DNA of 64,000 bases, taken from assembly GCA_038087875.1 (NCBI GenBank), contig CM075977.1:85312001-85376000 (forward strand). The letters are read 5' to 3'. The stretch is from Malacoraja senta (taxonomy: Eukaryota). A program made the translations under genes and the position numbers. The notes below the pieces were generated by a model. That model saw only the letters and a list, made by a program, of their open reading frames with translations, had not been told where the DNA came from and did no database searches. Shown here piece by piece: positions 36,330 to 49,636 of this stretch; position 1 is the first letter of the stretch, and every line of letters starts with the position of its first letter.

Positions 36330-37472
36330 ACAGACGAAACCTACGATCCTAATACCACATGGAAGATACCTTACCCTCAAGCCAAAACATCTCATACGGA
36401 ATCTGGGAGTCAGTCCCCAACTTGATCACTGGATCATTGACTGTCCCATGTGCCAGTCAGTGAGGATACACAACAAAATGTCCACCTCAATAATTCTCAA
36501 CTCCAGAGCCCTGCAAGAATGCATTCTCAGCCCCTTACTACACTCCCCATACAGTCAGGACTGTGTGACCAAATTGTGCTCAATTTCCATCTACAGGTTT
36601 GCGGATGACACCACTACAGTGGGCTAGATCTCGAATTACAAGATAGATGTCAGGAAGGAAGTAGAGATGAATAGAGAACAGTGGTGTCAAGACAACATCT
36701 TCTCCCTCAATGTCTGCATGATGAAGGAATCAGTTATTGACTTCAGGGGGCATGCCCCAATCAGCATCGATGATGCCAAAGTGGAAATGATTGTGAGCTT
36801 CAAGTTCCTAGGCATAAATATTCCCAACAGTCTGCCCGGAGTTACCCACATTGAAGATATGGACACTCCAACACCTCTATTTTCTCAAAAGACTAAGAAA
36901 GTTTGGCATGTCTCCAACAACTTATAGTATTTTTTATGGATATACTGTGGAAAGCATACTATCCAGTTGCATCAGTTTGGTTTGATAATTTGCAGAGAAT
37001 ATTGTAGCTGTAGCCTAGATCATCATTGAAACCAGCCTCTCCTAACACCCCCCCACCCCCCAAACCAATATAATCAAGGATCTTTATCAACCCCTGGTCA
37101 TTCCCTCTTCTCCCCTCACCGATTGGGTAGAAGATACAGAATCTTGAATGCATATACCAGATTCAGGAACAGCTTGTTCCCCTCTGTTAGCAGACTATTG
37201 AATGGTTCACCCATAAGTTCGGGTGAAGTCCCGATCTTCTGACCTACCTCACTGTGGACATTGGACCTCAACTCTATAACTGCAAGCTACAATGGAGCTC
37301 AACTCTACAACTGCAATGCTGTAAAACTATATTCTACACTGTAGTAATTTTCTCTTTGCACTACCTATTGTATTTGTGTATGGCTTGATTATACTTGTGT
37401 ATAGTATTTTGCTGGATAACATGCAAATACAAGTTTTACACACTGCCTCAGTACACATGATAATAATAAACT
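36330..37472 (+). mobile_element. Rex1/Babar-type LINE fragment, degraded
   Basis: RT motif IYRFADDTTTVG, WCQDNIFSLNV...KESVIDFR, SFKFLGINI; tail ending taataataaacta. Confidence 0.82.
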
Positions 37473-38447
37473 AATACTTTTGTAGACAAGACATACACAA
37501 ATTCATTTCTGATCTTTGCCGGGTTATTTGGTAGGCAGCAATAATTATATTACTGTTGGCTTTATCTTGCCTACTATTGGTAAACGAAAGCTGCAGGGCT
37601 ATGCAGAGAGTGACGAGGAGTGGAACTGGAGATCTCTTATACAAAGCCAGTATGGACTGGAAGGCCAAATGGTCTCCTTTGGTGCTCTAACAATCCTATG
37701 ATTCTGTTCAGTGTTAATCTGCCAAGTTTCACATAGTATCGGAAGGCTCCTGAAACTTTGCCCACTGACATGAGTTATTGCCCCCAGACATAAACAAAAA
37801 AAACTTATATTGAAATATCAGGAAGGTGCTAAGTAATGTTCCAACATTCCTTTCTGTACCTTAAGAGAATGGATTGCTGAATATCCTTCCTATTATCAAT
37901 TTTTCTGATAGTGATATTGGAACAGTTAAGATCATTTCTTTTCTTGCATCTGCTCCACTAAATAGCACACGAACCAACCTTGAATGATTCATTGAAGTGA
38001 TCAATTAGTACCCATCTATCACCAAGCCAAGAACAAAGCTTATAACTCAATTACTATTTATTTTACCATTGACTTTATTTTAAATGTCACAATAAACTTA
38101 ATAGCCCAACAGCTCTATAGTTCTTTCTCTTGGGAATTATTCTTAAGTGGCCTTAAGAGCATCATTTACCCTCTTCTCATTCCTTACATACATTTTTCTT
38201 AAATGCTAATTTTATGCACTCATCACAATAGTTATTAGTAAGGAAAGCAGGCAAAAAAAAAGGATTTTGTGGATTTGATTAATAAGAAAAATTGATATTT
38301 TATGCGCTAGAGGATATTCTGTTGTTGAGTTTCATATTTATTTTCTTCAAGTAAAATAAATAACTTTTAAATAAAATGGTTTCATCCTCACAAGTTTAAC
38401 CATCATTTTTCTATGGCTCCACAGTTAATACAAAAATTGCTGCCATT

Positions 38448-38545
38448 AGATTTGATTTGATTTGATTTTTACTTTATTAATCCCCTTATTCAGGGGAAAT
38501 TCTGATGTCCTTGCAGCACACTAATAAAAATACAACATAGCATTA
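38448..38545 (-). mobile_element. Short LINE/SINE 3' tail with (TCAAA)n
   Basis: Minus strand reads aatttcccctgaataaggggattaataaagta followed by (aaatc)n. Confidence 0.55.
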
Positions 38546-40044
38546 AGAAGGTTTTAAATTATGCACCTATAATTGCCTCAATTCCAAGATGCCAGATAGA
38601 ATTGTTAATTAATTACTCTTAAATAAATCTTCAGTAAGAGTGTTTTCAAAATAGGTTGAATTTAATTTGTTACTGAAAAAAAAAAATGAACTTCATAACT
38701 TGTCAAAAATCCAAGGAAAAATGTTTCATTGATCTGACTACCAACTGTTGAAAAAAAATCTATTTCTATAGATAATTCCGGACATAATTCTAATCTAGGA
38801 ATCTAACATAATTTACAGCCTGATTACATTACACAAAAAAAATCACAAAGTGCAGCCAACATGATTTCTTGCCCCCCCAAAAATTAGATTTTTAAATCAG
38901 TTGTCACGAAAGGTTAAAATATCATCTCAAACCCAAAGAGCACACAAGGGAACCAAATCGAAGAATTAAGTGAATTTGTGGTCCTTTACCAGAGCCAGGC
39001 AGTCCTGCAGTGATATAGATACTAGTACCTTACAACCAATCTGCTATACTGAGCATAGTATTGTTGTCCCCTAAAAGGTGATTGTCAATAAGAAGTTTGA
39101 GCAATGAGCTGCTCTTGACCGGAGTTTAAGGGTTGATAGGCAAGAGATATGTTTATTAGCATAGAATCGGCAGTGAGAATTTTATTTTTCCTTTTTCAGG
39201 ATGGAATTCTTTGAATTCATAAATCCAGATGTAAAAACGGAAACTTGGCTATTTAGGGAAATTTAGACTAGGATTCCAAATGTCAACGCTATTATTGATA
39301 ATTCAGAGCTTTGGTTTTGGGAAAAGATGTTTAATCGTTTCATCCAGGAATAGAAATTACATTAATGGAAAGATGGACACATTTACATCTGGTGTGAGAG
39401 AGTTGGTTTATAGGAGTTGGGATATCTAAAAGTCTGATAGATGGTTGCAAGTATATAATTTCATAGAAGGCACTCAACTGATATTAGAAGAAAATTGGAA
39501 AAGATTGACAGTTCAAGTCTCACAAGATCAAAAATTAAGTTTTTATAACAGTTTGTGATGACAGGCAATATAAAAGGCATAAAGGACTTTTGCCAGAATT
39601 TTGCTTTTCAAAGCGTCTCATTTCACATAGCTCCAAGTTCAATTACTAAGTATAGCCAAATAATGAAATATAATGGGGGATAAAGGCAGAACTCTTATCT
39701 CTAACCCCCTCACCCAATAATGTTTAAAAGTAAACATAATTTAAATCCATTTGATTACTGGAAACATTTATAGATTATTCAAAGGACTTGGGCAACACCA
39801 AATTATCAAGAGGCAATCGTAGTCTTCTGTACGGTGAAGCCTTGGAGTCTGTACTCTGGGGATCCACTAGGTAGGATAATTGAGATAGAAAGTCCTGGAG
39901 GACAACTGGACACACAAAGCCAGGCAAAGCAAGTGTGACCATGGAGAAAATGGCTTGTCCAACCATGGGCATAGTGGTGGACTGAGCATGATCTGGCTCA
40001 GCGTGTTTCTTATCTTTGACAATAACAATAGTTTGTGTACAAGG

Positions 40045-40265
40045 CCATAAGACAGAAGCAGAATTAGGGCATTCAGCCAATAAAGTCTGCTCTGCCATCT
40101 GATCATGGCTGATCTATTTTTCCCCTCCCAATCCCATTCGCCTGCCTTCTCCCCATAACTTTTGATGCCCTTACTAATCAAGAATCTATCAATCTCTGCT
40201 TTAAAAATACCCAATGATTTGGACTCCATGCCATCTGCGACAATGTATTCCACAAATTCACCACA
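40045..40265 (-). mobile_element. CR1-like LINE 3' end
   Basis: SLGIFKAEIDRFLISKGIKSYGEKAGEW in ORF 39867..40253. Confidence 0.85.
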
Positions 40266-41555
40266 TTCATATGGAAATTAGAAGTAAAAACAGTGGATTT
40301 GTAAATTCAACATTATCAAGGTTGGAAAACATCGAAATTAGTTATATGGATAGGATTACAATGAGGGAGTATTACAAACTGACTCCCATTTTAAATGTCT
40401 TTCTTGACTTCACATCTGGTGCCTTGTATTTCCTTCAGTTATGCCTGGCACCTGTAGCACAACTCCACCACCTGAAATACTAATTACCATTCATGTTGTT
40501 AAATGTTGCAAAACTTGAGCCAAAGAATGGTTAAGTACTGTAATCTCACGAGGGCAAATCAAGACTTGCCATTTGAGAATATGAAAACAGTATTTAACTT
40601 CCTGCAGCCAAACTAATTTCTTTGGAACCACACAAAACTTCATTTTCCAGCTGCATAAAAAAAGAGACATCTACAGGTATTGGCATAGTGTATACCTATT
40701 TGTCTTTGATGTAGGCTGAAATAGTGAAACTCGTTGGCATGAGGTGTGTTTTTGTACAATGCATAACATGATCAAATAGAAATGGTAGTTTAAAGTAGTC
40801 AAATAGGTGTAACATCACATTTTATTGCTTGGCATACACTTGTTAACTAAATTCAGGACTTTAAAAAGTAGTAACAATAATGAACAAATAAGTGAAATTA
40901 TTGTTGATCTGAATCTTCACAATAGAATGATAAAAACTGTTCAGCTAATACTAACTAATTTTAAATAAAGTATTTTAATGTTGCACTTCTGAAATAGAAA
41001 GCTCTTCAAACAAATGTTAAAGTTTAACATTAACTATTAATTCAATTTTACTTTCAAGATTAATGTTTTCGATACTGAGGTAATAATTCAATGGGAGAAA
41101 TCGAATTTGCATCTAGTGTATACTAATTGTGAATCAAAGCTCGATTGATTTTTCTATTTAGCTGCAAGGCCAAAATTGCATCTCAGGCCATGAAAATGTA
41201 ATTGGAACAAAGTATCCCGCACAAAAGCAAAGATCTCCTGTCTATCAATGCACAGTAACGTCAGCAAAGCTTCAAACAAATTTTCCACCAACATTCCCGC
41301 CTTTCTCACTGGAGGACAACAAGTTATTAGTTTAGAATGCAAAATGAAATAAGACAAAAATTATGATTTTCTGAATTTGATAAGCTGAGTTTCTTAGATC
41401 TCAATAAAGAAGAAGTATATCATTTTGGTTGAATTTTATTTGAAAAAACTAAATAATCCAAGAAGGAAATAAACTGAATTGACCTAAAGACCTTCTCCCA
41501 TTACATGATCTATATAACTTTGTAGACAAGGCAGGAGTATTTTCTCACTGTAAAA

Positions 41556-43862
41556 GCAAGGAACTGCAGTTGCTGGTTTACAAAGAAGGCACCAAGTGCT
41601 AGAGTAACTCAGCAGGTCAGGCAGTATCTCTGGATAGGTGACGCTATGAGACAGGACCCTTCCTCAAATTGATTGATGGGGTGGTGCAGGGGGGTGGGGA
41701 TGGGGGAGGGGCGGAGGAGAGAAGAAAGCTTGAAGAAAGGAGGGGCAGAACAAAACCAGACTGGTAATAGGTAGATACAAGTGAGGATGGTTTTTGAATA
41801 GGCAAATGGTTAGACAAGGCCAGAAGTAAAAGACAGAAGATGTCTTTTTTTATTTTTTTTATTTTTTTATTTTTATTTATTAGAAGTACATTACATTACA
41901 ACCACATACATTAATACTCGTCATTTATATCTTCTTACAATTAATGTACTCCCTTTATTTATTTTTTTACACTAGAGAAAGAAAAGATTGAAAGAGAGAA
42001 GAAAGTGAAGGAAAAAGTGCAAGTGTAGAGAAGTGTAGAAAATGTAACAACAAAAAAGGACGAAGACCCTATAAGAGCGAAATTAAAAACAAAAAGAAAA
42101 AGAGTTAAGAAATAGGCCCTAAGAAAAGAAAAGAGAAAGAGAAAAAAAAAGAAACAAATGTTTTTTTTTTTGAGCATCACGTAAATAGGACATACCAACT
42201 CTTCAACTATCATCCCCCCTTACCCGACCTCAATTTTTTATTTTTTTAAAGTACTTTTGCACCCTATGTTTGTAATAATTCTATAAATGCAGACCACGTC
42301 AGGTGGAAGTGATCTGGTTTACCTGCTAGGAGGAGTCTTATCTCTTCAAGGTGTAATGTTTCAAACATATTTGAAATCCACATATTTATAGTTGGTATTG
42401 GAGCCTTCTTCCAAAATTTTAGAATTAGCTTTTTTCCAGTTATTAACCCATAATCCATTAATTTCTTTTGAAACACATTTAGTTCTGGATCATCTTCCGT
42501 TATTCCGAAGATAATCCATTCTGCTTTGGGTATCAGTCTTGTTTTAAATAACTTTGTAAAGATTTCAAAAATTTCATTCCAAAATTTTTGAATTTTTGTA
42601 CAGAAGACAAATGAGTGCGCTATAGTTGCTTCTTGGGATTGACATTTATCACAAATAGATGATACGTTTGGGAAAATTTTATGAATTTTAGTTTTCGAAT
42701 AATATAATCTATGTAAAATTTTAAATTGTATTAAAGTGTGTCTTACAATAATCGAGCATTTATGCACTTTTAATAAGTATTCATTCCAACTTTCCTTTGA
42801 AATTTTAATAGCTAACTCTTGTTCCCAGTCTCTTCTGATACCCTCCGTAGATGGTATTTGTGCATTTAAGATAATATTGTACAAATATGATATTAAGTTT
42901 GCTGATTCCGCTTTTATCTGCATTGCCTCGTCCAGTACATCTGCTGGGTTATTATGATGATCTTTTGTATATTTTTTCAAATAGTCGCATATTTGAAAGT
43001 ATTTAAAATATTGATTATTTCCGAGTTTATATTTTATTTGTAATTGTTGAAATGAAAGTAATTTTCCAGTTTCATACAAGTCACCAAGCGTTTTAATTCC
43101 TAGTCTATCCCATTGTGTATAAGCTTTATCTATAATAGAAGGACTAAACGAAGGGTTATTGACTATAGGTAATAAAAGTGATAAGTTTCTTAATTTTAAA
43201 TTTTGTTTTATTTGTTTCCAAATACGGATTGTACTATGAATAATTGGGTTCTTATTATAGTTTATGTTATTCAATTTCATTGGAGAGAGGAAGATGTCAA
43301 GATGCGAAATGGTCAACACTTACGTTTGGTCCACGAAGGCATGCTGGATCTCCCAGTTGATAACCATTTTAACTCCTCTTACCATTCCCATACTGACCTT
43401 TCTGTCCTGGGCAGCCTCCACTGCCAGAGTGAGACGACACACAAACTGGAGGAACAGCAGCTCATATTCTGCTTGGGTAGTTTGCACTCTAATAGTATGT
43501 ACACTGAATTCTCCCATTTTAGGTAACAACATAACCCTCTCCCTTCTCCCCTGTGCACCTCCTGGACTTCTACCTATTTTTCCTCTCCCCTTCCACCAAC
43601 ATTCCAGCCTCTAGCTTCACGATTCACAACTCTTCAATCCTTTTGTCTCACACCTGTCTTTTCATCTCTGGCCTTTTTCCAACCATCTGCCCATTAATAA
43701 ACACCACACTTGTATCAATCCATCACCTGCCAGGTTTTGACCTGCCAGCTTCCCCCCCCCCCCCAATCCCACTTACCCCTATAATCAATCTGAAGGGTTC
43801 TGACCCAAATCCATGTACTTCAGAGATGCTGCCTGACCCTGAGTTACTTCAGCATGTTGTTT
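41556..43862. mobile_element. Penelope-like element with inverted arms (41556-41844 and 43290-43862), interrupted by L1
   Basis: Right part encodes LPVDNHFNSSYHSHTDLSVLGSLHCQSETTHKLEEQQLIFCLGSLHSNSMYTEFS (GIY-YIG C-terminus); left part is an inverted copy of its 3' UTR. Confidence 0.8.
41845..43289 (-). mobile_element. 5'-truncated L1-clade LINE (ORF2 C-terminus, 3' UTR, A-rich tail)
   Basis: About 340 open codons with LIQFKILHRLY...CDKC...HSFVFC (zinc knuckle); A-rich tail at 41845-41882; 9-bp TSD GAAGATGTC at 41836-41844 and 43290-43298. Confidence 0.92.
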
Positions 43863-43944
43863 TCCCATTAATATTTATCAACAAAACTATGTTTCAAAAA
43901 GTGTAAAGCTCAGAGTTTTCCACTTGCTTGTTATTATTAAAATA

Positions 43945-45136
43945 CTAGACCAAGTGCAGACCCTTTGGGTCTGTTTCCCCAACGTGCTTTTGGCGGGGGG
44001 GGGGCTGTGGCGTCACACTAACCACCCCCCCCTGTTGGGTCTGTTCCTCCAAAGCACGGTTGCGGAGTGGGAATCTGGCACCCACAAACACACACACTCA
44101 TCACACCCCTTGATATTATCTTAATTTAATTAATTGGCTTCTTTTATCCCATCTCCACCCTATCCACTGATGAGTAGCCCTCACCTCTCAGGTGTGTCTA
44201 GAGGGGGGGGGGCAGAGAGAGTGTGCACAGACAGAGTGGAAGAGAGAGAGAGAGAGAGGGCAGAGAAAAAGATAAAGATCAAAGAGAGAGAGAGCAGAGA
44301 TATGGGTAGGGGGTAGAGGGGGAAGAGTGTGGATGGAGGGGGGAGAGTGGGGAGGGGGAAGGGGGTGTGGGAGAGAGGGAAGGGGTTGGGGGAGAGATGG
44401 ATGGGGGTGGGAGGAGGAGGTGGAGGAGAGGGAGAGGGTGAGGAGAGGGAGATGGAGAGGGGGAGGAGAGAAGGATGGGGAGGGGGAGAGAGGGATGGTG
44501 GAGGGGGAGAGAGGTGTGGGGGAGGGGGGAAGGGAGGGAGATGGGGTAGGGGAGGGATGGGGAAGAGTGTGGAGGGAGGGGGAGAGGGGTGGGGGGAGAG
44601 AGGGGAAATAGTGGGGAGGGAGAGTGGAAGGGGTAGGGACAGTTCATCTGTTTCCCATTCCCTATCACCCCCAATCGTCTTTCTCTATTCCCACACACGT
44701 GATGACGCGCTTCGACGCAGGCTGCGGGGGTGGGGGGGGAGGGGCTGGGGCTGCTGCAAAGGAATATGTAAATGGATCCATTCCGATTGGACATCTGTGA
44801 GCATTGGGCATTGTGACATCACACGATGGAATGTTCACCAACATTCTATGGGTGAGAGCTGTTTTTTTTTTAACATTTTCAAATTTTGGGGGTGGGGGAG
44901 GGGAAGAAGGATTTTATTAAAAATGTTTACATAAACACGACGAAATTTAATCAGGAGTGGATACTTGGAATGAAAAGTGAAATCTCTACCGAAATGGAAA
45001 ACATCTCGGCGTTTCTGCGTGTGGTGTTGGCGTAGCAATGAATCAAAGGAAGGCTGGCACCCACAAGACAGGCAGAAACACACACACACACACAGAGGCA
45101 GAAACACACACACAGTTTTAAATATAGATAGATAGA
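43945..45136 (-). mobile_element. Non-autonomous Helitron
   Basis: On the minus strand: A|TCTATCTATC start; end CAGACCC-AAA-GGGTCTG hairpin, 8 nt, CTAG|T; inserted between A and T with no TSD. Confidence 0.8.
44200..44640. repeat. Polypurine G-rich low-complexity tract inside the Helitron
   Basis: Nearly pure G/A with many G3+ runs; explains the Gly- and Pro-rich spurious ORFs. Confidence 0.9.
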
Positions 45137-45289
45137 TGCAAATTTAATAGACAATGCAAATTAAATATTAAAACTGATTTTGTATATTCGTACATATGCA
45201 TTCAGGTAACATATACAATGTGTACAACAAGCAAATATTTTCTCAATAAACTTGAAAGTTATTCAGCTTGAAGCACACATCAGAAAATC

Positions 45290-45545
45290 ATGCGTAGGAA
45301 GGAACTGCCAGTTTAGACCGAAGATAGACAGATAATGGTGGAGTAACTCAACGGGACAGACAGCATCTCTGGAGAGAAAGAATGGGTGACATTTCGAGTC
45401 GGGACCCTTCTTCAGACTGAGAGTCTCCCTCTCCCCTGACCCTCAGTCTGAAGAAGCGTCTCGACCCGAAACGTCACCTATTCCTTCACTCCAGAGATGC
45501 TGCCTGTCCCGTTGAACTACTCCAACATTTTATGTCTATCTTCAG
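45290..45545. mobile_element. Penelope-derived fold-back element with hammerhead motifs on both strands
   Basis: About 100-bp inverted arms (45320-45421 and 45442-45543); CTGAAGA...GAAACGTC at 45448-45475 (+) and a copy at ~45388-45415 (-). Confidence 0.82.
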
Positions 45546-46019
45546 AAAATCTTCACTTCTGGCACACGGCCTTGCCACTATCTTGTACCTACAAGTTCTT
45601 GATCATCTGCACTCCATTTGACCAAGATATTCCATCTTTAACATTCAATACAACTTATTTGCCCTTTTCGTGTAATTATATTCTTTCCTTTCTCCTTTTG
45701 AAGTCTCATTATTGGGATCCAATTCTACAGTTACCATTTGTTTTCCAGTACATTGTTAATTTAACTGCTACAACTTGTATTATTCTAGACGTTTGGTGTT
45801 TGCAAACTACTGTAGCACAAGCATCATTGGGCTCTAAGCTCACCCTCATCATGCGCTAAATGTTTACTGTACTGCTGTTAAAGTATGGAGCTAAATTGTC
45901 AAGCTCATAAAATGGAGTGTATTCCAACACTTATACACACATCTCTGGAACATCCAGATAAAAGGGACATATAACTATAGGAGTCAAACACCCATTTATT
46001 GAATAATATTCCATCTCCA

Positions 46020-46610
46020 AAACCATAATCTCATCCAAACTCATCCCCAAATACCTGGACACAGGAGTCGGCATACCTCTCTGCCACTGGCTCCTCTATT
46101 TTGTGACCCATAGAGCACAATCAGTGAGGATAAGGGACAAAACACCCTGCACAATAATAGTCTAACACTGGTGTCCCGCAAAGACGCATTCTCAGTCCCT
46201 TACTATACTCCCTGTACTGATGACTGCGCGGCCAGATTCTGCTCCAACTCCATCTTTAAGTTTGCAGATGACACCACTGTAATGGGCCGGATTTTGAACA
46301 ATGATGAGATGGTGTACAGGAAGGAAGTAGAGCGCTTAGACAACAACTTCTCTTTCAATGTCAGCAAGGTGAAAGAGCTAGTTAATGACTTCAGGAAGCA
46401 TGATGAAGTACATGCCCCAATCAGCACCAATGATGCCGAAGTAGAAAATGGTTGGCCGTTTCAAGCACCTATGTTCCTGAATATATCCAGCCTGTTCTGG
46501 ACAAATCACATTGTCGCTATGGCCAAAAACAAAATCACAGCAACATCTCTACTTCCTCAGAGAATGAAGAAAGTTAGTTATGTCTCCAACAACTTAACTT
46601 TTGTTTGCAT
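46020..46610 (+). mobile_element. Rex1/Babar-type LINE RT fragment
   Basis: TDDCAARFCSNSIFKFADDTTVMGRILNNDE...KVKELVNDFRK in ORF 46171..46617. Confidence 0.85.
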
Positions 46611-46661
46611 GCTATAAAATTTAATCAGATAATCCTGTACATGACTACAATCAAGCCACAA

Positions 46662-47650
46662 GTAGAAACAAGAACTGCAGATGCTGGTTTACAAAAAAAA
46701 AAAGACAAAGTGTTGGAACAACTTAGCAGGTCAGGCAACATCTCTGGAAAACATGGACGGTGACATTTTGAGTCAGGACCTTTCTTCACACTGATTGTTG
46801 TGGTGGGGGGGGGGGAGAAAGCTGGTAGAGGGTGGGGGGACAGGATAAAGCCTGGCAAGCAATAGGTAGATGCAGATGAGGCATGGTTTTGTGTATGCAG
46901 ATGGTTGGACATAGGCCAGAGATGAAAAGACTGAAGGTGTGAGTTAAGAGTTGTAAATTGTGAAGCCAGAAGAAAGAATGTAAGTGGAAGGGAAGAGGAG
47001 AAAAGGGTGTGAGTCCAGTTGGGGCTGGGGGTTTAGTAAGTTATTACCTAAAATTGGAAAATTCAATGTTCATACTGTTGGGTTGTAAACTATCCAAGCA
47101 GAATAAGTGATGCTGTTCCTCCAGTTTGTGTATGGAGCATTGGAGGAGGTAGAGGACAGCAGGCACAGAAATTGCTGTCAAAATATGCAGGGTACACAAT
47201 TTCTTGGCGGCCACGCATGTGCATGCGCATACACAGATGCAGGCGCGCACATGCGCACACACGGGAGGCTTTGGCCGTGGGCTTGAATCGGCCCGTTCAT
47301 GGGGTCTTTCATCGGCCGGCAGGGGCTTCGACATTGGGAGCCTTGATCGCCTCAATGCAGCAGTTTGATTTTAAGCCGCTCCGGGCGTTGAAAGGCCCCG
47401 CGAACGGGCCGATTCATCCCTTAGAAAGCGGCTGATAAAGTCCGGATGACTAAACATGGGGGGGGGGGGGTGGTAGGGGAGATCGTCCCCCACCTCTCAA
47501 AGCAGGGGGGGGGTGCCCCACCTGACCCCCCCTGACCACCCCCCCCCCCCAAGATGTCCGCCCCTGGAGGACAGAAAGGTCGGTATGGGAATAGGAAGGC
47601 AAGTTAAAATGGTTAGCAACTGGGAGATCCAGTATGCCTTGGCGGACCAA
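46662..47650 (-). mobile_element. Penelope-like element 3' fragment, interrupted by a hAT-like element
   Basis: Minus-strand LPVANHFNLPSYSHTDLSVL, then insert, then HKLEEQHHLFCLDSLQPNSMNIEFSNFR and 3' UTR. Confidence 0.82.
47160..47566. mobile_element. hAT-like non-autonomous element
   Basis: 8-bp TSD GAGGACAG at 47152-47159 and 47567-47574; termini CAGG...CCTG; TIRs otherwise imperfect. Confidence 0.75.
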
Positions 47651-48431
47651 GAAGCTGACAGCTGCTTCCCGTTAGCAATCTACTAACCTTTATCCCACAA
47701 GTTAAGGGGTAATCCAGATCTTTCAACCTACCTTCATTGTGGACTCAAGACATTTTATCTGTTCCCGTTTCCTCTAAACTGATGCAAAACCTGTTATACT
47801 GGTATTTGGTTTGATTGTAATGGATAGTAAGATCCAAATTAGTTGGTTAGCATGCAAATAAATGCTTTTCACTCTACCTCAGTACACGTGACAATAATAA
47901 CTCAATATTCAATTCCCTACCTATTTTAAAATTCAGATTTTCATTCAATTGTACATTCAGCATTAAAATGTCTCCGACCCTCCAATAGCAAAACAATCTG
48001 TTCTGTGAGATTTCTAAGCTAGAAGAGAAATTAAAATCCAACTCATGAACTTGATCAATGTACTAAACCAATTATATGTTTTAATCCTGATTTAAAAGGG
48101 CTTATCTCATATGTGCCAACAACACTATCTCATATAAAAGTTGTTCATCTCTATTAGATAGTTCTGAAGAAAGCACAGCAACCTAAATAGTGAACACTGT
48201 TTCTCTCTTTAAAGATCTCTCTCCGTTATTGGATAATCTCAGCATTTTTGTTTTCATTTTGGATTTTGAATTTATTATAAACTATTATGCAATGACTTTC
48301 ACTGACAGATACTAATTCTGTATCTATATAACCCGGTATTTCAATCTCCATGGCAATTTTGAAAGCTCAGCATGTGGATCCAAGATTGGGCAAGAATATC
48401 AATATAATCCTCACACATAGTTCCTTGTGTT

Positions 48432-48630
48432 ATCAACAAAGTGCTGAAGTAACTCAGCAGGTCAGGATGGAATGCACAGGCGACATTTCCAGTCATGACA
48501 GTCTGAAGAAGGGTCTCGACCCGAAATGTCATCTGTCCATGTCCTCTAGAGAATCTGCCTGACCCACTGTGTTATGCCAGCACTTTGTATTTCACTCACG
48601 ATTCAAACATCATCAGTTTCTTGTGTCTAT
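48432..48630. mobile_element. Penelope-derived fold-back element
   Basis: caaagtgctgaagtaactcagcaggtcagg...CTGAAGAAGGGTCTCGACCCGAAATGTC...cctgaccc...cagcactttg. Confidence 0.75.
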
Positions 48631-49636
48631 TTGTGTTATCCATTTGCGTGAGGCTGCACTGCGATCATGGAAGCACAAATCTTTAAATTTATCATAACTT
48701 TAAGTGTTATGTTCATGTGGTTGTATTGGAGAAGCACATCTTACAATAAATATTGCTAGAGATTTCTTCTGTAAATGGTAGAGACCATAAAGCTGGGCTT
48801 TATTCTCACTTCACTAAGTATATAGAGGAGACATTTTCCTTATTAGTTTTCAAGTAGTTTGAACACAAGTATTTTAGGGTGTGTTAAAAATTCCTTAATC
48901 TTCTCCCTAGCATTGTAGTCATGTTGCATTTTGAACTAAGGGACCATGTATGCAATTAGCTCCCAGATTTCCACCAGTATCATTCTAGGATGTGTGTGAC
49001 ATTGGCCAGGGGTGGCTTATACCAGGTGCTGCTCAGCACCTCTCCATACGAACACGAATTCTGTAAAATAATTCTCTATCATTGAACTATTCAAGCATAC
49101 ATGCCACACAATCAGCTCATGAGATAGAATATCAGTGGAGTAAAATAAACAAAATTATAACACCTTTTGATTATTTTAACCTTATGATCAGAGAGTAGAC
49201 TTTACTTCCTATTCTCAATCACTAATGTCATCTCCTGATTTTAATTTACAACATTGGGAAGATTGTCACATCATGCTATCTTGGCAGATACTCAAACTCA
49301 CATTGTGATAACATTTCTGCTGGTCATGTTGCATATTTTCTAACCTGTGTTTTAAAATTTCTAAAATATATTTCTTGGCAGGAGGGGTCTAGTTATCTCC
49401 CTGCCAAATGAAGGATCGGATAATGCATTTCTTTCATCGGATGATTTCCCCCCCCCCATATCTAAGAGCCTAATCAAAGGGCGCAGATGAAAGTAAACAA
49501 TATTTTCAAAGGTCACCAAGTCAGAAATTGCATGTTATAATACAATGTGCTTGAAAGGAAACATAAATTGAATTAATGTATGATATCCAAAACTGTTTTT
49601 TTCCAAATCATCTCAAACCTAATTGAACCCACTCAC

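Noticed and set aside
42264-43319. 351-aa ORF as a host gene
   Set aside because: It is the ORF2 C-terminus of a truncated L1; its start codon lies outside the TSD-bounded insertion.
44279-44934. Long Gly/Glu-rich and Pro/Ser-rich ORFs (171-201 aa)
   Set aside because: Artefacts of the G-rich low-complexity tract inside the Helitron.
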